A stretch of 64,000 bases of DNA from contig CACKSM010000001.1 in the NCBI GenBank assembly GCA_902602885.1, positions 81,888-145,887 of the forward strand, read 5' to 3'. How positions within the stretch are numbered: the stretch's first letter is position 1; each line of letters begins with the position of its first letter. The position numbers were made by a program, and so were the translations under genes. A model generated the notes under the pieces. The model did no database searches. It was given only the letters and a program-made list of their open reading frames with translations, and was not told the DNA's origin. This document shows positions 59,330-64,000 of this stretch, in pieces. Source of the DNA: an uncultured Alphaproteobacteria bacterium (GTDB taxonomy: Bacteria; Pseudomonadota; Alphaproteobacteria; HIMB59; GCA-002718135).

Positions 59330-59441
59330 ATGTTTTCTTAACTAAATTTTTTTTAAAATACCAGCCAAATTTGGTAACTATTGTCACAGAATCTTAAAAA
59401 ACAAATATATATATTTAAACAATTTTTTTTAGGAGGCTTTT

Positions 59442-59858
59442 ATGGTTGAGAGTTTTAATGGAATTTTTTATTTGATTTTATATATAATTAACATTGCATT
59501 AGCTGGTTATTACTCATTTACATTTTTATTTAATAAAGAAAAAGAATTTGCAAAATATAACACTGACTCAAGTGCTGCACCTGCAGCGAATTTTGGAATT
59601 TTTTGGGTTACTGCTTTTTTCTTTGTTGGTCTTTATATTTTATTTACTGGACCTGAAGGTACTTGGCCTTTCTTTATAATTAATGTTATTGTCTTTGCAA
59701 TGGCAACTGTCTACAATTTTTGTTTTCATTTTAAAATAGCTTTCCTATTTGGAAGAGATAAGGTTAATTCGACAATAGAACAGCCAATTGTATCAGCAGT
59801 AGTTCTAGTATTAAACTTAATTATAATTTATGGTTTATCTGATAAAATTTATCTATAA
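59442..59858 (+). CDS. Four-TM membrane protein, tandem paralog 1 (DUF4345-like, tentative)
   Basis: AGGAGG Shine-Dalgarno 6 nt upstream. MVESFNGIFYLILYIINIALAGYY... ends ...YGLSDKIYL. Confidence 0.6.
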   Translation: MVESFNGIFYLILYIINIALAGYYSFTFLFNKEKEFAKYNTDSSAAPAANFGIFWVTAFFFVGLYILFTGPEGTWPFFIINVIVFAMATVYNFCFHFKIAFLFGRDKVNSTIEQPIVSAVVLVLNLIIIYGLSDKIYL

Positions 59859-59878
59859 TAATTTTAAAAGGAGTAATT

Positions 59879-60289
59879 ATGGTTGAAAATTTTGGAGGTA
59901 CTTTAAATCTAGTTTTATTTTTACTTAATTTATTAGGTATATCTTACTATGGTTTCCTAACTGTATTTTCTCCAAATTCACTTGTTACAAGATATGATTT
60001 AGGAGAAAAAGCTTTGCCAATTGTAAGAATCATAGGGACATTTATTGTACCAATAGTAATAATTGGAATTTGGATATTATTTAGAGAAAATGGACCTCAA
60101 TCTTGCTGGATATTTTTTGTAAATGGATTTTTACTTTCTTTTGCTCAAGTTATTTTAAGTTGGGCCCAAAGATTAAAATTTATAGACCCGGATGCAAAAA
60201 GTGATGTCGCTGATGAAGTAATAGGGCATGTATTTTTATTTGTATCAATATATCTTATTTATAATATGTCAGATATAATTTATATGTAA
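59879..60289 (+). CDS. Four-TM membrane protein, tandem paralog 2
   Basis: AAGGAG Shine-Dalgarno. MVENFGGTLNLVLFLLNLLGISYY... ends ...YNMSDIIYM. Colinear with paralog 1. Confidence 0.6.
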   Translation: MVENFGGTLNLVLFLLNLLGISYYGFLTVFSPNSLVTRYDLGEKALPIVRIIGTFIVPIVIIGIWILFRENGPQSCWIFFVNGFLLSFAQVILSWAQRLKFIDPDAKSDVADEVIGHVFLFVSIYLIYNMSDIIYM

Positions 60290-60291
60290 CT

Positions 60292-60319
60292 AAAAGCTGG
60301 GATTCAATTCCCAGCTTTT
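60292..60319. terminator. Bidirectional intrinsic terminator between convergent genes
   Basis: AAAAGCTGGGA-ttcaat-TCCCAGCTTTT: a perfect 10-11 bp stem flanked by A4 and T4. Confidence 0.75.
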
Positions 60320-60320
60320 A

Positions 60321-60860
60321 TCAATTTAAAGAAAATTCTTTTACTTTATTAAATGCAAAATGATCAGCAGCATGTTTTTTTGCATATAAAACTTCTTCTA
60401 CAATACCTTCTTCATTAATCATTATATCTGTTACTGCAGTATTAAAATATCCTCCAAGAGGAATGGGCATGAAACCTCTTATTAAGGCCGGAAAGATAGA
60501 GAATGTTTTATAAATTCCTGCCAAAAATAACTTAAACCAACTTCGCTCTATTGAATATTTTTGAAAATATTTAAATTCTTCATCTGCTAAAACTGTAAAT
60601 GGAATGGGGCCGTGCTTCTTCATATTTGATTTCAAAAGATTAACATTTGAATGAAAAATTCCTACGTGGGTGAAATTTGGACCAAATTCATTAAATCTTT
60701 TATTAAACTCAAGTAGTCTTAAATTACAAAAAGTGCATCCAGCAACTCTATAAAAAGTCAATAAAACTTTTTTGCCTTTAGTATCTGATAAATTAAATTG
60801 ATTACCATCATGTCGGGGTAGGGTAATTTCTTCTAATTTATCTCCTTTTTTTATTTTCAT
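60321..60860 (-). CDS. Peroxiredoxin-like / AhpC-TSA family thioredoxin-fold protein
   Basis: KKVLLTFYRVAGCTFCNLRL (CxxC in the peroxiredoxin position). Hydrophobic insertion at residues ~100-125. Confidence 0.65.
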   Translation of the reverse strand: MKIKKGDKLEEITLPRHDGNQFNLSDTKGKKVLLTFYRVAGCTFCNLRLLEFNKRFNEFGPNFTHVGIFHSNVNLLKSNMKKHGPIPFTVLADEEFKYFQKYSIERSWFKLFLAGIYKTFSIFPALIRGFMPIPLGGYFNTAVTDIMINEEGIVEEVLYAKKHAADHFAFNKVKEFSLN

Positions 60861-60906
60861 ACATAATCATAATACTATAAAAAAAATAAGTTAATATTAA
60901 ATTTTA

Positions 60907-61332
60907 ATGACAATAATAATTATACTAAAGTTCATACATTATCTTGCAATAGTTTTTTCAGGCGGTGTTTTGGTTGGCGGTGGCGTAATACAGTCTGTTT
61001 ATGCTAAAGCAAATCAAATTCCTGATTTAAATACAGCAAAGATATTAAAATTACTTGGTTACATAGGTTTGATATCTCTTATTATCTTATGGATATCAGG
61101 AATTATTCTTTCAATTAATTTATATGGAGGCTTTATTATTAATAGTGCATTTACAATCAAATTAATTGCTGCAGGTTTTCTTTTAGGCCTATCTGCTTAT
61201 GTAAATTTTCACGTTTTTAATTGCTCTAAAAATAATTTACCACCTAACAAATCTATAATGAAAATAGCTACAATGAGTGGAAGAGGGCTGTTAGTAATAG
61301 TTTTAATTGCAGCAGCAATTGCATTTTATTAA
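60907..61332 (+). CDS. Four-TM membrane protein of unknown function
   Basis: 141 aa, hydrophobic throughout. KFIHYLAIVFSGG start resembles DUF2214/CopD-like proteins (weak). Confidence 0.45.
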   Translation: MTIIIILKFIHYLAIVFSGGVLVGGGVIQSVYAKANQIPDLNTAKILKLLGYIGLISLIILWISGIILSINLYGGFIINSAFTIKLIAAGFLLGLSAYVNFHVFNCSKNNLPPNKSIMKIATMSGRGLLVIVLIAAAIAFY

Positions 61333-61333
61333 T

Positions 61334-62392
61334 TTATAATTTTTTTGCTGCACTAGTTTCTTTTATATTTGTTAGCTTTGTATATCTATCTATCATTTGC
61401 GTTGTCTTATGACCGCTTTGAGCCATAATTTCATGAGTAGGTACTCCATTCATTCTAGCTTGAGTAATCGAACCTATTCTTAAGCTGTGACCAGAAATTT
61501 TATCACAATTTTCTATACCTGCGTCCTCAGCTCTTTTCTTTAAAATTAAAACAAAACTTGTGTCTGTCAAACTTACTTTTTGATTCTTATTATTAAGAAT
61601 ATATTTTTCTATATTATTAGCTTTGTTAATTTTATAAAAGAGTGGACCTGAATCAATTAGCGCTACATCTAACCAATTCTTTAACGCAGATACGGGACAA
61701 TAAGGTGAATTATTTTTAGGTAAGTAGATCATTCTTCCTTCACCTTTTTGATCAGTCTTAGAAAAAGGTATTAATACTTGAACACCATCTTCTTCAAAAT
61801 TTAGATGTTCGTATTTCATGCCTAAAAGCTCAGATCTTCTACAAAAACTATAAAAACCAATTAAAATAAGAGCTCTATCTCTTATATTTCTAAAATCATC
61901 GTTATCATTTGGAATTTTATCAATAATTTTTTCAATATCTGCTTTTAACAACTCTCTTGCTTGACCAGATTTATTATTTTTTTCATCTCTTACAATTGCA
62001 CTAATTGTTTCAGAAATATTTGGATTTTTTCTATCAAATTGAAATCCGTTAACTCTATATTTATATGTAATAGATGCTAAGATTCTTTGTATAGTGGAAG
62101 CTTTATAGGCAGTAGAGGAGTAGGGGTTGTTATTTACATTTTCTCTGCCCGGTATGTTGCTCGATCCTTTGAGTATTTTCGCTTCTGGATCTTCATGTAG
62201 CCAGTCCATATAATTGGCTGTTAATGCGTAAGCACTATCTAGATCATCAACATCTAAAGGACTGCAATTGTATTTATTTTTGCAATAATCTATAAACTTT
62301 AACCAATCTCCTTGATATTTATCCTGAGTATTTTTAGCTTTGGATTTTTTCTTTAGCTTACTTACGTTTTCATTTAGTGATATTTTAACCAT
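61334..62392 (-). CDS. Tyrosine site-specific recombinase (simple Cre/Xer-like architecture, no obvious arm-binding domain)
   Basis: Catalytic set readable: FCRRSEL (Arg), SKTDQKG (Lys), GHSLRIG (His-x-x-Arg), SGHKTTQMIDRY (His, Tyr). The N-terminal W-x-x-F-x-x-YC core-binding helix pattern resembles Cre. Confidence 0.9.
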   Translation of the reverse strand: MVKISLNENVSKLKKKSKAKNTQDKYQGDWLKFIDYCKNKYNCSPLDVDDLDSAYALTANYMDWLHEDPEAKILKGSSNIPGRENVNNNPYSSTAYKASTIQRILASITYKYRVNGFQFDRKNPNISETISAIVRDEKNNKSGQARELLKADIEKIIDKIPNDNDDFRNIRDRALILIGFYSFCRRSELLGMKYEHLNFEEDGVQVLIPFSKTDQKGEGRMIYLPKNNSPYCPVSALKNWLDVALIDSGPLFYKINKANNIEKYILNNKNQKVSLTDTSFVLILKKRAEDAGIENCDKISGHSLRIGSITQARMNGVPTHEIMAQSGHKTTQMIDRYTKLTNIKETSAAKKL

Positions 62393-62400
62393 ATTATATA

Positions 62401-62424
62401 TTACGATAATTACAGTTATCGTAA
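62401..62424. repeat. Perfect 9-6-9 inverted repeat TTACGATAA-ttacag-TTATCGTAA immediately upstream of the recombinase start
   Basis: Read directly. It begins 9 nt upstream of the recombinase ATG (62392). The geometry resembles tyrosine-recombinase core sites or an autoregulatory operator. Confidence 0.5.
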
Positions 62425-62553
62425 ATAATAGTCAAGTCATAAATATAATAACTATATATCAATAATTTACTAATATAATCTAAATCTATTTATAATATGA
62501 TAAACTAGATATAGATTTTCACGTGTAATAAAATACTGTATATAGTGTATAAA

Positions 62554-63279
62554 ATGGAACAATTACCGCAGATTTCAGCTGATTCCCATATCTTTGTATT
62601 AACGGGTGCTGGCATAAGTAAAGAGTCTGGTATTGAAACATTCAGAGACTCTGATGGACTGTGGAATAATCATAGGATTGAGGATGTTGCCAGTCCCGAG
62701 GGATTTTATAGAAACCCTACTCTTGTTTATGATTTTTATAATAAACGTCGAAAAGAACTGAATTCAGGAATTAAGCCAAATAGGGCTCATATTCTTCTTC
62801 ATGAATTAGAAAAAACATATAAAATTCATATAGTTACACAAAATATCGATAATTTGCATGAGATTGGAGGATCATCATCAATAATTCATATGCATGGTGA
62901 GCTAAATAAAGTCAGATGTATCATGAATGATAATCATGTATTTGAATGGCTAGAGGATCTAAATGAGACCCATAAATGCCCTGAATGCGGCTCTCAAATG
63001 AGACCTCACATTGTATGGTTTGGTGAAATGCCCATGCAGATGGATGAAATTCATGATTTAGCTGAACAATCTAGTTTATTTGTTTCTATTGGTACTTCAG
63101 GACAAGTGTACCCTGCCGCAGGTTTCGTTTCGATGTTTAAAGATATGCGTAAACCAACTATTGAATTAAATCTGGAACCATCAAGTAATCAAGATCAATT
63201 CGATTTTGCCATTCATAAACCTGCTACAGTTGCTGTTGAAGAATTTAAAAACTTACTTTTAAAAAATTTAAAAAACTAA
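62554..63279 (+). CDS. cobB: NAD-dependent protein deacylase, CobB/Sir2 class III
   Basis: VLTGAGISKESGIETFRDSDGLW, VTQNIDNLHE, HMHGEL.KVRC, CPECGSQMRPHIVWFGE and IGTSGQVYPAAGF are colinear with E. coli CobB as I recall it. ATG 62554 preferred over the track's GTG 62545. Confidence 0.9.
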   Translation: MEQLPQISADSHIFVLTGAGISKESGIETFRDSDGLWNNHRIEDVASPEGFYRNPTLVYDFYNKRRKELNSGIKPNRAHILLHELEKTYKIHIVTQNIDNLHEIGGSSSIIHMHGELNKVRCIMNDNHVFEWLEDLNETHKCPECGSQMRPHIVWFGEMPMQMDEIHDLAEQSSLFVSIGTSGQVYPAAGFVSMFKDMRKPTIELNLEPSSNQDQFDFAIHKPATVAVEEFKNLLLKNLKN

Positions 63280-63362
63280 TTTATTCACATTATTAATTTT
63301 TTTTTAACAAAAAAATTTTTCTAGAACTTTCTTTATAAAGAATCATTCGCATTAATGTTTTT

Positions 63363-63539
63363 ATGACAAGAAAACGTCCTGATTACACTGAAGCGCGTAA
63401 TTATTACATAAAAGGAGAAAGAAATGAGTACCCTACTCTTCAAGATATTGCTACTGAATTTAATTATTCTTTGTCAACACTAAGAAAACAAGCAGCTAAT
63501 GATGGCTGGCTTTCAAAAAGAAAAGAAAAATTTATTTAA
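63363..63539 (+). CDS. 58-aa HTH protein resembling the N-terminus of phage terminase small subunits
   Basis: My translation: MTRKRPDYTEARNYYIKGERNEYPTLQDIATEFNYSLSTLRKQAANDGWLSKRKEKFI*. The TLQDIA..F..S..TL.....DGW pattern is typical of TerS-type HTH. Below the ORF-track cutoff. Confidence 0.45.
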   Translation: MTRKRPDYTEARNYYIKGERNEYPTLQDIATEFNYSLSTLRKQAANDGWLSKRKEKFI

Positions 63540-63551
63540 TTTAATGAAAAA

Positions 63552-63573
63552 AAGCACTCTAGTTTGAGTGCTT
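63552..63573. terminator. Intrinsic terminator hairpin between convergent genes (stronger for the minus-strand GYD gene)
   Basis: AAGCACTC-tagttt-GAGTGCTT, preceded by A7 on the plus strand (T7 after the stem on the minus strand). Confidence 0.6.
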
Positions 63574-63579
63574 CTTAAA

Positions 63580-63897
63580 TTAAGAAGTAGGAGGAGAAAA
63601 ATCTACTTTATTTCCCATTTCTCTTACTTTGTTTAAATCAACTGACTCTAAAGTTACTGCTTCTGTAAGAGTGCCTGCTGCTTTTGCTTTTAAAGCACAT
63701 GCAGCCATACTTTCAAATGACTCTGCCTCTGCAATCATGACAAAATCATACTGACCTCTTGTTATATGATAATCAATTAATTTACCTCCAACACTGCTAA
63801 CCATTTTTTCCATAGCTGCTTTTCTGTCTGAGTCTCCATTAATGATACCATCTGCACCTTTTTGGGAATAAATACCAAGTGATACAAAAATTGACAT
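63580..63897 (-). CDS. GYD-domain protein
   Basis: 105 aa. TRGQYDFVMIAEAES...AGTLTEAVTL matches the GYD-family pattern. AGGAGG Shine-Dalgarno upstream. Confidence 0.7.
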   Translation of the reverse strand: MSIFVSLGIYSQKGADGIINGDSDRKAAMEKMVSSVGGKLIDYHITRGQYDFVMIAEAESFESMAACALKAKAAGTLTEAVTLESVDLNKVREMGNKVDFSPPTS

Positions 63898-64000
63898 TTA
63901 ACATCCTCCTTTCAATTTAATTATAAATTAATATAGAATTTTTTATTAAAAATTTATCAAGATCAACAATCTTTTTATTAATAAAACTAAAAGGTTTGAA

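Larger units (their letters stand above)
61334..64000. mobile_element. Possible integrated element or remnant (one edge only; extent unknown, may continue beyond the window)
   Basis: Recombinase gene, a TerS-like HTH ORF, and locally higher GC in spot counts (several 60-nt lines at 37-47% against about 28% nearby). Confidence 0.3.

Noticed and set aside
59365-59388. Palindrome CCAAATTTGG and a partial CRP-like site (GGTAA-N6-TCACA) in the spacer between the cyclase-TPR gene and the 4-TM paralogs.
   Set aside because: The CRP-like left half matches only 3 of 5 positions. No CRP-type regulator is visible in the window. A 10-bp AT-rich palindrome can arise by chance at this composition. It is noted inside the relevant finding only.
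62534-62549. TACTGTATATAGTGTA upstream of cobB, which resembles the E. coli-type SOS box (CTGT-N8-ACAG).
   Set aside because: Only the left half-site matches; the right half is GTGT rather than ACAG. The host-type LexA box seen at umuD is GAAC-N7-GAAC.
62545-63279. Sir2-domain protein next to a recombinase as a possible anti-phage (Thoeris/DSR/SIR2-HerA-like) defence gene.
   Set aside because: The 244-aa protein is colinear with housekeeping CobB, including the Zn-ribbon cysteines and NAD-binding motifs. It has no extra effector or sensor domain and no partner gene (no SLOG, HerA, TIR or pAgo).
1-64000. CRISPR arrays, rRNA genes, IS transposases, toxin-antitoxin pairs and restriction-modification genes.
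   Set aside because: No regularly spaced direct repeats, rRNA-like conserved segments, transposase motifs (DDE/HUH) or small paired ORFs of TA type were found while reading the intergenic regions and the ORF translations.

Overview
Very AT-rich (about 28-30% GC by eye) and extremely gene-dense bacterial chromosome segment. It looks like a SAR11/Pelagibacterales-type genome; this is inference from the sequence, not a database hit. Supporting points: an alphaproteobacterial GAAC-N7-GAAC SOS box, pcm-like/tolC/DUF2497-like/valS and argS/SPOR-like/scpAB/tatABC/serS/pcm gene orders, a tandem glycine riboswitch before gcvTHP, a 369-aa DmdA-like gene, spacers of 0-50 nt and many 1-20 nt gene overlaps. 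I can support about 75 protein genes, 2 tRNAs (Asn-GTT, Cys-GCA), one tandem glycine riboswitch, one candidate ~115-nt structured RNA or terminated leader, three intrinsic terminators, one SOS box, and a 27-nt inverted-repeat element present twice. The 2.7-30.8 kb stretch is mostly core housekeeping. Five parts look accessory: (1) a umuDC cassette beside the tRNA pair (0.6-2.6 kb); (2) a nearly gapless 9-gene minus-strand unit with a photolyase/cryptochrome-like protein whose domain order looks permuted (38.1-45.0 kb); (3) a dmdA / tandem EamA / GH127-like / DHDPS-like block (47.4-53.2 kb); (4) a cyclic-nucleotide signalling plus ion-channel cluster (53.8-59.3 kb); (5) a tyrosine-recombinase-bounded segment carrying cobB, a small HTH protein and a GYD protein (61.3 kb to window end). 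I saw no rRNA, CRISPR array, IS transposase or recognisable anti-phage system. The best candidates for something undescribed are the four-hairpin RNA at 24.5 kb, the cNMP/channel cluster, the permuted photolyase-like gene and its operon, a 75-aa single-repeat PnuC-like membrane protein, and the twice-occurring 7-8-7 inverted-repeat element. All family assignments come from motifs I recognise in the translations, not from searches.
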